From Thiomicrorhabdus sediminis (GTDB taxonomy: Bacteria; Pseudomonadota; Gammaproteobacteria; Thiomicrospirales; Thiomicrospiraceae), in assembly GCF_005885815.1 (NCBI RefSeq), contig NZ_CP040602.1:45630-77629 (forward strand): a stretch of 32,000 nt of DNA, given 5' to 3'. The notes under the pieces were generated by a model. That model ran no database searches. It had not been told where the DNA came from and saw only the letters and a list, made by a program, of their open reading frames with translations. A program made the translations under genes and the position numbers. This document shows positions 8,730-18,591 of this stretch, piece after piece; position 1 is the stretch's first letter; every line of letters begins with the position of its first letter.

Positions 8730-10382
8730 GTGATGAACCCGAATAAGTATCAGCGAACTCCGACGCCGGATTTGCCCAATCGTCAATGGCCAAACAACCA
8801 TTTAAGCAAAGCTCCTATCTGGGTAAGCGTTGACCTGCGTGATGGTAACCAGGCGCTGGCCAATCCTATGACGGTAGAGCAAAAACTGGCTTTATGGGAT
8901 CAGTTGGTGGCGATGGGTTTCAAAACAATCGAAATCGGTTTTCCATCGGCTTCAGAACCCGAGTTTGAATTTACACGTCGTCTGATTGAAGAAAATCGTA
9001 TTCCCGATGATGTCACGGTTCAGGTTTTGGTGCAGGCTCGTGAACATTTGATTGCGCGCACTTATGAGTCATTGATCGGCGTCAATAAAGCTGTCATCCA
9101 CGTTTATAACACCACTTCAATCGTGCAGCGGGAAAAGGTGTTCGAAAAGAGCAAAGATGAAATTAAGGCGATGGCGGTGCAGGGCGCGAAATGGGTTCAG
9201 GAATATGCGATTAAAGCCGATCAAACTCATCCGGGGTCTGAGTGGGTTTTCCAATATTCACCGGAAAGTTTTTCGCAAACGGAAACCGATTACGCGGTTG
9301 AGGTTTGTCAGGCGGTCATGGATGTATGGCAACCGACGCCTGATAACAAATGTATCTTAAACTTGCCGGCAACCGTTGAAAGTACTTCTCCTAATCGTTT
9401 TGCCGACCAGGTAGAGTATTTCATTAGCCATTTACCTAATCGTGAATCGGCGTTGATTTCAATCCATACCCATAACGATAGAGGTTGTGCTGTAGCGGCT
9501 GCAGAATTGTCATTGCTGGCCGGTGCCGACCGTATTGAAGGGACTTTATTGGGCAATGGGGAGCGTACCGGTAATATGGATATCGTCACCTTGGCGATGA
9601 ATCTTTATAGTGAAGGTATTGATCCGCAATTGGATTTATCAAAACCGAATGATTGGATTCCGGTGGTTGAGCAGGTAACTCAGATCAAAACCCATATGCG
9701 TCACCCATGGGTAGGTGAAGTAGTCTATACCGCCTATTCAGGTAGTCATCAGGATGCGATCCGCAAATGTCTGTTGAAACAGGACGATAATCAAAAATGG
9801 AATGTCGCTTATTTACCGATTGATCCGAAGGATATCGGTCGCGATTATGAAGCGATTATCCGTGTTAACAGCCAGTCGGGTAAAGCGGGTTCCGCTTTTG
9901 TGTTGGAACAGGAGTACGGTTTGAACCTACCAAAATGGATTCAGATCGACTTTGCTTCGACGGCGCAAAAACTGGCCGAAAAGCAGGGTGGTATTGTCAG
10001 TCATAAAGACCTTTATCAAGCATTTACTAGGCATTATGGTTGTGATGAAAAGCGTATAGATGTCAATAACTTCCAATTGAAGCTGGACGGTGAAATCGAG
10101 AAATTGAGTTTGGATGTTGACGGTGAAACCTGGACCGGTGAGGGCAATGGTACTATCAGTGCATTATGCGACGCTTGGCAGCAGCGAACAGGTCAGAATG
10201 TAGACATTATCGATTATGCAGAACATGCCGTTCATATGAATGATGATGATAGTGGTAAAAACGCCAAGGCTATCGCCTATTTCTATTTACAGGTAGATAA
10301 CGAGAAAAAGGTCTCTGTAGCGATTGAAAAAGATTCCTTATCGGCAATGATATTGGCTGTTTTGAAAGGGCTTAAGACCTAA
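8730..10382 (+). CDS. leuA: 2-isopropylmalate synthase (long LeuA form)
   Basis: Contains [46 protein letters not shown] and a C-terminal LeuA dimerisation/regulatory domain. The track start is a GTG at 8730; the adjacent ATG at 8733 is the more likely start. Confidence 0.92.
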   Translation: MMNPNKYQRTPTPDLPNRQWPNNHLSKAPIWVSVDLRDGNQALANPMTVEQKLALWDQLVAMGFKTIEIGFPSASEPEFEFTRRLIEENRIPDDVTVQVLVQAREHLIARTYESLIGVNKAVIHVYNTTSIVQREKVFEKSKDEIKAMAVQGAKWVQEYAIKADQTHPGSEWVFQYSPESFSQTETDYAVEVCQAVMDVWQPTPDNKCILNLPATVESTSPNRFADQVEYFISHLPNRESALISIHTHNDRGCAVAAAELSLLAGADRIEGTLLGNGERTGNMDIVTLAMNLYSEGIDPQLDLSKPNDWIPVVEQVTQIKTHMRHPWVGEVVYTAYSGSHQDAIRKCLLKQDDNQKWNVAYLPIDPKDIGRDYEAIIRVNSQSGKAGSAFVLEQEYGLNLPKWIQIDFASTAQKLAEKQGGIVSHKDLYQAFTRHYGCDEKRIDVNNFQLKLDGEIEKLSLDVDGETWTGEGNGTISALCDAWQQRTGQNVDIIDYAEHAVHMNDDDSGKNAKAIAYFYLQVDNEKKVSVAIEKDSLSAMILAVLKGLKT

Positions 10383-10408
10383 AAACTTATTATTTTTAAT
10401 TTCATGCG

Positions 10409-10443
10409 AAGCCGCAATTCTTTATGGGTTGCGGCTTTTTTAT
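10409..10443 (+). terminator. Rho-independent terminator of leuA
   Basis: AAGCCGCAA-ttctttatggg-TTGCGGCTT followed by TTTTTATT. Confidence 0.7.
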
Positions 10444-10481
10444 TGCTCTGTTGCAGTAAAAAAAAAGCAATGACCGATCAT

Positions 10482-10496
10482 TGATAACTATTATCA
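10482..10496. promoter_or_regulatory. Fur-box-like 7-1-7 palindrome upstream of the Na/Pi-cotransporter-family gene
   Basis: TGATAACTATTATCA matches the TGATAATnATTATCA inverted-repeat consensus at 14 of 15 positions. It lies 64-78 nt upstream of the ATG at 10560. Confidence 0.3.
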
Positions 10497-10559
10497 GGCA
10501 AAGTTTAAGGTTATTATTGATTTATCCCTTCATATCATAGGTATATCAAAGGCTTATTT

Positions 10560-12344
10560 ATGAAATACAGCACTGTCATTTTTGCCTTATTGTTAATCAT
10601 GGCTAACCCGGTTTTCGCTCAGGAGGCACCGGTCAAAGAGCTGGATTGGTTCACCATGACAATGTGGCTGGTTGGTGGTTTGGCGATGTTTTTATATGGT
10701 ATGGAATTGATGATCAAGGGCTTGCTGACGGTTGCCGGAGATAAGGTCAAGACCTTATTGGCGCGCCTCACTACCAACCGGGTTATGGGCGCTGTCACTG
10801 GTGCCGGTGTAACCGCAGTGATTCAATCCTCATCGGTGACGACGGTATTGACGGTAGGTTTTGTTTCGGCAGGGCTAATGACAGCAACGCAAGCAGCCGG
10901 CGTAATCATGGGGGCCAACCTAGGTACTACGGTCACGGCACAAATGATCGCCTTTAAAGTCACCAGTTTTGCCTTGATTTTATTAGCGGTCGGTTTTGCC
11001 ATTCAGTTCTTTTCCAGCTTGAAAAGACGAATCGCTTTTGGCCGACTGATAATGGGCTTGGGTTTGATCTTTTTCGGTATGAATGTGATGAGTGAAGGGA
11101 TGGCTCCATTAAGAGATTATCAACCCTTTATGGATATTATGCTATCCATGCAGAATCCATTGCTGGCTATTTTGGTGGGCGCTGTTTTCACCGCCTTGGT
11201 ACAATCTTCATCCGCTACAATCGGGGTCATTATCGTTATGGCCAGCAACGGCTTTCTGACTTTACCTGTTGGTATTGCCTTAGCTATGGGCGCTAATATA
11301 GGTACTACCATTACAGCCATTCTGGCTACAATTGGTAAGTCACGAGAAGCATTAAGAACCGGGTTAATCCATGTATTATTCAATATCTCTGCAGTCTTGA
11401 TCTGGCTGCCATTCATTCCGGAATTGGCGCAAATGGCGACCTATATTTCCAACCATGATTTGATTGAGAATGGCCAAAATTTTCTATTACTTGCAGAAAA
11501 TACTCCTCGTGAAATCGCAAACGCCAATACACTTCTTAATCTGATCAGTATGGTTATTTTTCTACCATTTATTCCGATTTTTGTCCTATTGGTACATCGG
11601 TTGGTTCCGGTTATGGAGGATGAAAAAACCCAATCATTACAAGCGGATTTTCTTGATGAAAACTTTATCGATACGCCTTCTTTGGCTCTGCAAGCGGTTA
11701 ATTTGGAACTGGAACATTATCAACAGAAACAAAACCTGTTTTATCATCGCATCGTCTCATTGATTGAAAAACCTCAGGTTGATAAATTGAGTAAAGAAAA
11801 TCTCAATATCCAACTGTTTAGAAATTACCAGCGTAGTTTATTAAGTTATTTGGGGCGGGTAGGACAAAGCGAATTAACCGCCGATGAGCAAGAACATTTC
11901 CTCTTGCTTATGTCTGTAATCAATAGCTTGGAATCAATGTTGGATGCGATTGAAAACAATATTCTCAATGTCCTACAGAACATGGTTGAGAACGAGCAAA
12001 AGCCCAGTGCAACCATGCTGGAATTGGTCGGTAAGTTGACCAATGAGGTTGCGAAATCAGTAACCAATAGTTTGCAGTCGGTTTACAAGCAAGACAATCA
12101 ATTGGCTTTACAGACGACAACAATGGAAAGCACTATCAATCTATTGTTGAAGGATTCGCTTAAACATCAGATCAAGCGCTTCCAACCTTCACAAGAAAGA
12201 CTTTCGATTTTCAGAAATGAGATGCAGTTGATCGAAGGTTTCAAACAATTGTACAGTTTGGCTAAACGTGTCGCTCAATTGCAGCTGGAAAATGCATCCG
12301 ATGAAAAAACAGAAGCGCCTAGTGAATCGCAAAAAGTCGATTAG
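10560..12344 (+). CDS. Na/Pi cotransporter family protein (NptA/YjbB-like) with a C-terminal PhoU-like helical domain
   Basis: Duplicated Na_Pi_cotrans motifs (VIQSSSVTTVL and LVQSSSATIGVII, each followed by GANLGTT / GANIGTT). The C-terminal half is soluble and helical. Confidence 0.8.
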   Translation: MKYSTVIFALLLIMANPVFAQEAPVKELDWFTMTMWLVGGLAMFLYGMELMIKGLLTVAGDKVKTLLARLTTNRVMGAVTGAGVTAVIQSSSVTTVLTVGFVSAGLMTATQAAGVIMGANLGTTVTAQMIAFKVTSFALILLAVGFAIQFFSSLKRRIAFGRLIMGLGLIFFGMNVMSEGMAPLRDYQPFMDIMLSMQNPLLAILVGAVFTALVQSSSATIGVIIVMASNGFLTLPVGIALAMGANIGTTITAILATIGKSREALRTGLIHVLFNISAVLIWLPFIPELAQMATYISNHDLIENGQNFLLLAENTPREIANANTLLNLISMVIFLPFIPIFVLLVHRLVPVMEDEKTQSLQADFLDENFIDTPSLALQAVNLELEHYQQKQNLFYHRIVSLIEKPQVDKLSKENLNIQLFRNYQRSLLSYLGRVGQSELTADEQEHFLLLMSVINSLESMLDAIENNILNVLQNMVENEQKPSATMLELVGKLTNEVAKSVTNSLQSVYKQDNQLALQTTTMESTINLLLKDSLKHQIKRFQPSQERLSIFRNEMQLIEGFKQLYSLAKRVAQLQLENASDEKTEAPSESQKVD

Positions 12345-12617
12345 CTGTTGTTCAGCCGTTTTTGTCATATTTCTTTTTTTAAATTGGATTGCTTAATTTT
12401 TAAACAATTCTTCTCAAAAAACGGCTTCCAAAAACACACCTTGATCAAGTTTTCTATATATCACTAATGCATTTGCCTATTTTCTGAACAAAAGTCCTGT
12501 GACGAGCTTTATTTTAGATATTTTTTATAGAATTTATGAAAGATTGTTTTCAGACAACTAATTTTTTTGTTCCACGTGAAACAGGTTGATAGCGCAATAA
12601 AAAATTAATCTGTTTAT

Positions 12618-13892
12618 TTGTCTTTGAATGTACACTTAGTAAATCTGAATTCTTGGTCAAAATTTATGAACCCACAATCACAATATCTATTAGTCACTGT
12701 AAATTACTGGGCATTTACTTTAACCGACGGCGCATTACGAATGTTGGTACTTTTGTATTTTTACCATATCGGTTTCAGCCCGGTAGAAATTGCCTTGTTG
12801 TTTTTGTTTTATGAAATTTTCGGCATAGTGACGAATTTTATCGGCGGTTGGATAGGTGCGCGTAGTGGTCTGCATATCACGATGATAAGTGGCTTGGCAC
12901 TACAGATGTTGGCATTGTTGATGTTAACGGTTGATCAAAGTTGGTTGACAATGGCTTATGTGATGTGTGCCCTGGCGATATCGGGGATTGCTAAGGATCT
13001 TAACAAAATGAGCGCTAAAAGCTCGGTTAAATGCTTGGCATCGGATAAAGATGGAACGCTCTATAAATGGGTTACCTTGTTAACGGGTTCAAAAAATGCC
13101 TTAAAAGGGCTTGGATTTCTAATCGGTGCGATGCTCTTTGAATGGTTCGGTTTTGCTGATGCGTTGTGGTTAATGGTGGCATGGTTAGTGATTGCTTTTA
13201 TTGTGGCTTTTATCGGTTTGGATAATCAATTAGGTAAGGCGAGCAATAAACCCAAATTTAAAGAGATGTTTTCACCCTCCGCTATGGTGAATTGGTTATC
13301 TGCCGCCAGACTGTTTTTGTTTGGTGCTCGTGATATCTGGTTTGCGGTCGCTTTACCCTTATATCTTCAATCCGCATTGGGTTGGAGTTATATAGCAGTG
13401 GGTACCTATATGGCTTTTTGGATTATTGGTTATGGACTTATCCAGGCTCTGACGCCTAAAATCTTGCGTCACCGTCAAAACCCTAATGCAACAACTGCGG
13501 CCAAACTCGCTTTTGTGTTAGGCTTAATTCCATTGCTGATGAGTTGGCAATTAATCAATATACAGGCAGCAGAACCCTTAACCTCGGTCACTACTAATGC
13601 ATCGCTAATTATCGTTATTGGTTTAATGATCTTCGGGATATTATTTGCACTGAATTCATCGGTACACTCTTACTTGATTGTCTCCGCTGCCAATGAAGAC
13701 GGTGCCTCAAAGGAGGTCGGCTTTTATTATATGGCGAATGCTGTAGGGCGTTTGACCGGGATGATGTTATCCGGCTATCTATATCAAGATTATGGTATGG
13801 AAATCTGTTTATTGGCTTCAGCAATTTTTGTTATGCTATCAGCTCTATTGGTTTGGCAAGCAAAGCCAGGTCGAACGGAATCGGCAATCTGA
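12618..13892 (+). CDS. MFS transporter, ArsJ-like (organoarsenical efflux family)
   Basis: 12-TM MFS protein. The N-terminus NYWAFTLTDGALRMLVLLYFYHIGFSPVEIALLFLFYEIFG and the loop SGIAKDLNKMSAKSSVK match my memory of ArsJ-family sequences. The likely true start is the ATG at 12666 (MNPQSQYLLV). The family call rests on recall only. Confidence 0.6.
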   Translation: MSLNVHLVNLNSWSKFMNPQSQYLLVTVNYWAFTLTDGALRMLVLLYFYHIGFSPVEIALLFLFYEIFGIVTNFIGGWIGARSGLHITMISGLALQMLALLMLTVDQSWLTMAYVMCALAISGIAKDLNKMSAKSSVKCLASDKDGTLYKWVTLLTGSKNALKGLGFLIGAMLFEWFGFADALWLMVAWLVIAFIVAFIGLDNQLGKASNKPKFKEMFSPSAMVNWLSAARLFLFGARDIWFAVALPLYLQSALGWSYIAVGTYMAFWIIGYGLIQALTPKILRHRQNPNATTAAKLAFVLGLIPLLMSWQLINIQAAEPLTSVTTNASLIIVIGLMIFGILFALNSSVHSYLIVSAANEDGASKEVGFYYMANAVGRLTGMMLSGYLYQDYGMEICLLASAIFVMLSALLVWQAKPGRTESAI

Positions 13893-13937
13893 TGGGTGTT
13901 TTATAATTGTTGGTTCCGATATCTTTGAGGAAATTTT

Positions 13938-14357
13938 ATGTGGATTCAAAAAACAATTACCCTTAAGCCTCGACGCAGAGGGTTTCATCTTATTACCTCG
14001 GAAATCCTTAATCAGTTACCCGAACTGCAAGGCTATACTGTCGGTTTGATGCATCTATTTATTAAGCACACCTCCGCTTCATTGACGATTAATGAAAATG
14101 CCGATCCATCAGTAAGAACAGATTTTGAGTCGTTTTTCAACGACATAGTCGCCGAAGATAAGCCTTATTTCACCCATACCTATGAAGGCAGTGATGATAT
14201 GCCAGCACACCTTAAAGGCAGTGTGCTCGGATTTGAACTTTCCATCCCGATACACCACGGATTACTCAATTTAGGCACATGGCAGGGCATCTATTTATGT
14301 GAACACCGCAATGACGGTGGCGCGCGTCAAATCGTTATTACTCTGCATGGTGAATAA
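13938..14357 (+). CDS. yjbQ: YjbQ/UPF0047 family protein (secondary thiamine-phosphate synthase-like)
   Basis: 139 aa. Contains ITLKPRRRGFHLIT, HTSASLTINENADPSVRTD and DDMPAHLK, which are typical UPF0047 motifs. Confidence 0.85.
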   Translation: MWIQKTITLKPRRRGFHLITSEILNQLPELQGYTVGLMHLFIKHTSASLTINENADPSVRTDFESFFNDIVAEDKPYFTHTYEGSDDMPAHLKGSVLGFELSIPIHHGLLNLGTWQGIYLCEHRNDGGARQIVITLHGE

Positions 14358-14412
14358 CGTATTTAAGTTCCTCTAACGCCTCGTTATAATGCCCAGACAA
14401 ATATTCAATTAG

Positions 14413-16488
14413 ATGGGCATATCAATGACAGTAGATTCACAAGCAGCAATCAACAATCCTTTTCTATCAGGCAGTCATTTTCCGGAATTTGATAAGTTTC
14501 ACGTGGAACATATCAGACCGGCGATGGAGTTTTTATTGGCCAATAGCAAAAATAAAGTCGAGCAATTGGTAGCTGATGAGAGCCGTCCTACCTGGCAAAA
14601 CTTTATTGAGCCGTTGGAAGAAATTGATAACCTTTTCGAAAAAGTCTGGGGGCCCATCGGCCATTTGGATGCCACCATGAATAGTGATTCATGGCATGAA
14701 GCTTATAATGATTGTCTCCAGCAAGTGACCCAATACCATACCGAAATGGGACAAAATGCAGGGCTTTATAAGAAGTTCAAAGCATTGTACGAGTCGGGTG
14801 AATTCAACCAGTATTCGATTGCGCAAAAGAAAGTGATCGAAAATGCATTGCGTAACTTTGAATTAAGCGGTATTGGTTTGCCGGCAGAACAGCAGGCCGA
14901 GTTCAAGCAATTACGTGCCAACCTGTCAAACAACAGTAGTCAATTTGCCAACAATGTTTTGAAATCAACCCAATCCTGGTTCAAGCATATTGAGGACGAC
15001 AAGATTTTATCGGGTATTCCTGAATCATCGATGGGGCTGTTACAACAGTTAGCCGAGCAAAGAGAATTGGATGGTTGGTGTGTCACACTTGACTTTCCAT
15101 CCTATTTGGCGGTTATGACTCATGCTGACAATAGATCATTGCGTGAAGAGGTATATAAGGCCTTCAGTACACGTGCCTCTAATATGGCTTTAGACATAAG
15201 TTTTGATAACTCTGAGTTGATTGAACGGATTCGAGCCGACCGTCATAAAATTTCCGCTTTACTGAATTTTAGTAACTACGCCGAATATTCTTTGGCTACA
15301 AAAATGGCTGAATCGACAGAGCAGGTGCTACAGTTCTTAAAAGATTTAGCAGCTAAATCCAAACCTCAGGCAGAACAAGAGTTAGATAATTTACAAAAAT
15401 TTGCGGCTGACAATTTAGATTTGCATGATTTAGAGCCTTGGGATATCACCTATGCATCAGAGAAGCTTAAAAATGCTTCTTTGTCTCTTTCACAGGAAAC
15501 CTTGCGACCATTTTTCCCGGTCGAAAGAGTATTGGATGGATTGTTTAGCATCACAAAGACATTGTTTGATATTCAAATCAAACAGACGGATTCTGTCGCC
15601 GTCTGGCATAAAGATGTACGCTTTTTTGAATTGAAAGATAGACATGGCGGAGTCATCGGTCATTTCTATCTGGATCTTTATGCACGTGAGAACAAAAGAG
15701 GTGGAGCCTGGATGGATTCAGCCATCACACGATGGAAACATCCACAAGGGCAGTTGCAGACACCTGTGGCATATTTGGTTTGTAATTTCACCCCGCCAGT
15801 GGGAGACAAACCAGCTTGTCTAACCCATGATGAAGTCACCACTTTATTCCATGAATTTGGTCATGGCATTCACCATCTGTTTACCAAAATGGAGCAGCTC
15901 GATGTATCTGGAATCAGCGGTGTGCCATGGGATGCGGTTGAGCTGCCATCCCAATTTATGGAAAATTTCTGTTGGGAAAGAGAGGGCCTCGATCTTATTT
16001 CCTCTCATATTGAAACAGGTGAAAGCTTGACTGATGATTTGTTTGAAGCTTTGAAAAAGGGTCGTAAATTCCAGTCGGCGATGATGATGTTGCGTCAGAT
16101 TGAATTCGCATTGATTGACTTTGAAATGCACACCTTCTATGATCCAAACACTCCGGAAGATATCCTAGAGTTGGCGAATCGAATCCGTAATCAAGTAGCG
16201 GTAATAAAGCCGCCTGCCTATGGTCGAATGCTGCATAGCTTCAGTCATATTTTTGCCGGTGGTTATGCTGCCGGTTATTACAGCTATAAATGGGCTGAGG
16301 TGCTATCTGCAGATGCGTTCAGTCTGTTTGAAGAAACCGGCGTATTGAATGCAGATACCGGGGCAAAGTTCAGAAACACTATTCTAGCTGCTGGAGGCTC
16401 AATTGATCCTATGGAGCTGTTTAAACAGTTCAGAGGGCGTGAACCCCAAATCGATGCTCTACTTCGCCATAGTGGTATTGCTGCTTGA
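14413..16488 (+). CDS. prlC: Oligopeptidase A (M3 family zinc metallopeptidase)
   Basis: HEFGHGIHH zinc motif, M3A family length and conserved C-terminus (YYSYKWAEVLSADAF). The likely start is the ATG at 14425 (MTVDSQ). Confidence 0.92.
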   Translation: MGISMTVDSQAAINNPFLSGSHFPEFDKFHVEHIRPAMEFLLANSKNKVEQLVADESRPTWQNFIEPLEEIDNLFEKVWGPIGHLDATMNSDSWHEAYNDCLQQVTQYHTEMGQNAGLYKKFKALYESGEFNQYSIAQKKVIENALRNFELSGIGLPAEQQAEFKQLRANLSNNSSQFANNVLKSTQSWFKHIEDDKILSGIPESSMGLLQQLAEQRELDGWCVTLDFPSYLAVMTHADNRSLREEVYKAFSTRASNMALDISFDNSELIERIRADRHKISALLNFSNYAEYSLATKMAESTEQVLQFLKDLAAKSKPQAEQELDNLQKFAADNLDLHDLEPWDITYASEKLKNASLSLSQETLRPFFPVERVLDGLFSITKTLFDIQIKQTDSVAVWHKDVRFFELKDRHGGVIGHFYLDLYARENKRGGAWMDSAITRWKHPQGQLQTPVAYLVCNFTPPVGDKPACLTHDEVTTLFHEFGHGIHHLFTKMEQLDVSGISGVPWDAVELPSQFMENFCWEREGLDLISSHIETGESLTDDLFEALKKGRKFQSAMMMLRQIEFALIDFEMHTFYDPNTPEDILELANRIRNQVAVIKPPAYGRMLHSFSHIFAGGYAAGYYSYKWAEVLSADAFSLFEETGVLNADTGAKFRNTILAAGGSIDPMELFKQFRGREPQIDALLRHSGIAA

Positions 16489-16541
16489 TATAAACATGAG
16501 AAAAGTAGTCAGCTAAAAATAAAATTGGATTATAGTTTTGG

Positions 16542-16567
16542 AAAGCCAACTTTTGCTGGCTTTTTTT
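16542..16567 (+). terminator. Rho-independent terminator of prlC
   Basis: AAAGCCA-acttttgc-TGGCTTT followed by a run of T. Confidence 0.55.
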
Positions 16568-16614
16568 GTCTGTGATGATCAATCCTTAAAGTATGATTGG
16601 CTAAATTGAGATAT

Positions 16615-16647
16615 AAAAAAACCCTTACTTTCATTCGAAAGTAAGGG
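16615..16647 (-). terminator. Rho-independent terminator of the DsrE-like/porin operon
   Basis: Perfect 11-bp stem CCCTTACTTTC / GAAAGTAAGGG with a 4-nt loop. On the minus strand it is followed by T7. Confidence 0.75.
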
Positions 16648-16714
16648 TAAAAAACGGCTAGCAAATTCTGGGTTCGCTATCAACCGTAGCAACGAAAATG
16701 GGTTTTTTAAGAAA

Positions 16715-18007
16715 TTAGAAAATCATCATTAGCTGCGCAGATAGGCGGTCGTCTAATGCCGTAGCAACTAATGCAGGATTTTGCGCAGCTGTATAATTAG
16801 GAGCTTTTTGATCACGCATTTCATAGTTCAAACGAACAGATGTTTTCTTATTGAAGAAATATTGCGCACCTAAAGTAGTAGTTCTAAATTCACGAAGGTT
16901 ATTAGGATCTTCAGTCCCTCTATCCAAAGCGTCATAACGAATATTAAGCTCAAGGTTAGGTTTAATGCGGTAACCTAGATCGATTTGATATGCGGTTGCT
17001 TTTTCATCTGTTTGAACAGAGAACTTTGCACCATCAGCAGGAGTTGCTCCGGCGGTTGTACCACCAAAAATCATACCATCAGCAGTGAAGTATTCCGCGG
17101 CTGCACGGTATTTTCCATCAAAGTATGTCATACCAACACCTGTACGGGTACGGTCATAATCTGCCCCATTATAGGTGCGTTTACCATTTTGGTTCCATGC
17201 ATAGAATTTCATTCCATGTCGACGCGGTCCTTTAGAATCACCAAAGATTTTTTCGGTAGAAAGGTATAGATAAGTGTCTTTTGATTCATTATCATCGGTG
17301 AATGCTAATCCATTACCATTACCTAGCATAAGCGCATAGGAAGTTTCCCAGTCGCCATTTCTGAAAGCATCAAAAACCTGAATACCAGTATCACGGGCTG
17401 CAAAGGCAGGGTCTGTACGTTCCCCTGTTGTTGGATCGAACTTCTTCTCAATTAATAATTGATCGGTTCCTGTTGTGAAGTTTACATAGTTGAAAACAGG
17501 AATACCTTTAAAGGATTCTTCAGAACCTGGTGTCTTAAATAGACCTACACGAACTCTTGCACCGTCAATTTTATTGATAGTAACACTAGCATCGGTTAAT
17601 TGGCCTTGAGAACCAGAGTTACCTGTAGTAATACCATTGTTACCTAGTTCCATCATTAAGAAGTAATTCACATCTTTATCTAATGGAAAGTTAGCACCAC
17701 GAACACCAATACGTGCACGTTTAATATTGAATCCGCTAGAGGTTTTTAGGTCAGGTGCCATTTGGTTAAAAGCAGCTTTTTTACCAGAGTATCCTGCTGC
17801 ACCACCAACAAGTGTTGGTAGTTTTGTATCATTTGTTTGTTGATAATCTACTTGAGCAAAACCCCAAACCTTGGCACGCGGTGCCTGGTTGGGTTTTTCA
17901 GTTCCTTGAAGCATTAGCCAGTTGGCTGCATTGGCTTGTGGTACGGCTAGAGCGCCCGCTAGGGCTAGTAAAATACCGGCTTTTGTTGCTTTTAATTTAA
18001 GTTTCAT
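16715..18007 (-). CDS. Outer-membrane porin, OprO/OprP (phosphate/anion-selective porin) like
   Basis: Signal peptide MKLKLKATKAGILLALAGALAVPQANA, alternating beta-strand pattern and terminal Phe (LMMIF). The segment FNIKRARIGVRGAN...LTDASVTI resembles the Porin_O_P family. Confidence 0.7.
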   Translation of the reverse strand: MKLKLKATKAGILLALAGALAVPQANAANWLMLQGTEKPNQAPRAKVWGFAQVDYQQTNDTKLPTLVGGAAGYSGKKAAFNQMAPDLKTSSGFNIKRARIGVRGANFPLDKDVNYFLMMELGNNGITTGNSGSQGQLTDASVTINKIDGARVRVGLFKTPGSEESFKGIPVFNYVNFTTGTDQLLIEKKFDPTTGERTDPAFAARDTGIQVFDAFRNGDWETSYALMLGNGNGLAFTDDNESKDTYLYLSTEKIFGDSKGPRRHGMKFYAWNQNGKRTYNGADYDRTRTGVGMTYFDGKYRAAAEYFTADGMIFGGTTAGATPADGAKFSVQTDEKATAYQIDLGYRIKPNLELNIRYDALDRGTEDPNNLREFRTTTLGAQYFFNKKTSVRLNYEMRDQKAPNYTAAQNPALVATALDDRLSAQLMMIF

Positions 18008-18054
18008 AAGATTCCTCTTAAATGCTGTCTAAATATATTTAGTTATTTGTTTGA

Positions 18055-18543
18055 CTATGGGCGTAGGTAAACAAACCCTTGTTGCTGAAGATGTGCTAGT
18101 TCTGCAACACCGCTGGCAACAATATCTTCTTTGGTAGCGTCATATAGATCTCTATCCACGTTAACGTTGCGGCCTTTTAGCGTGTTGGCGCAGACATTAA
18201 ATTTCACACCTTGCATTTTCAGCTTATCGATCTTTTGGGACATGGTTTGATCGGCATTCGCATGTTTGAACTTAGGTACATTCGTTAATGCTTCAGGCTT
18301 TAGAATCAAAGACAAACCGTTACCGTGCATGACCACACGTAAATCCAAGTTATCAGCACCTACGGCATTGATATGGTTTTGAATATTGCGCAGTGTTGAT
18401 GACTGCTTCTTAGCATTGTCATAATTGATGTGGTAAACCACTTTTTGCTTACCGTAAGCATTGTCGTTGGCTTGGACATTGCCACCTGCAAAAGCAAGTG
18501 AGACAAACAAAAAAGCTTTAAGGGTATTGAATAGTATTTTCAT
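18055..18543 (-). CDS. Secreted DsrE/DsrF-like (COG1416-type) family protein, copy A
   Basis: Signal peptide ending VQA. The core is KVVYHINYDN...LRVVMHGNG...GVKFNVCANTL...VASGVAELAHLQQQGFVYLRP. It is a paralogue of 18592-19041. Confidence 0.6.
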   Translation of the reverse strand: MKILFNTLKAFLFVSLAFAGGNVQANDNAYGKQKVVYHINYDNAKKQSSTLRNIQNHINAVGADNLDLRVVMHGNGLSLILKPEALTNVPKFKHANADQTMSQKIDKLKMQGVKFNVCANTLKGRNVNVDRDLYDATKEDIVASGVAELAHLQQQGFVYLRP

Positions 18544-18591
18544 AATGACCTCTTTTTATTGGACTTATACGGGTTGTTGTCGGTTTGCTTT

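Noticed and set aside
8714-8746. 10-codon mini-ORF ([10 protein letters not shown]) overlapping the leuA start, considered as a leucine attenuation leader peptide.
   Set aside because: It contains no leucine codons, and there is no terminator/antiterminator structure between it and leuA.
13792-14049. 85-aa ORF bridging the end of the ArsJ-like gene and the start of yjbQ.
   Set aside because: It overlaps two well-supported genes in other frames and has no recognisable motifs.
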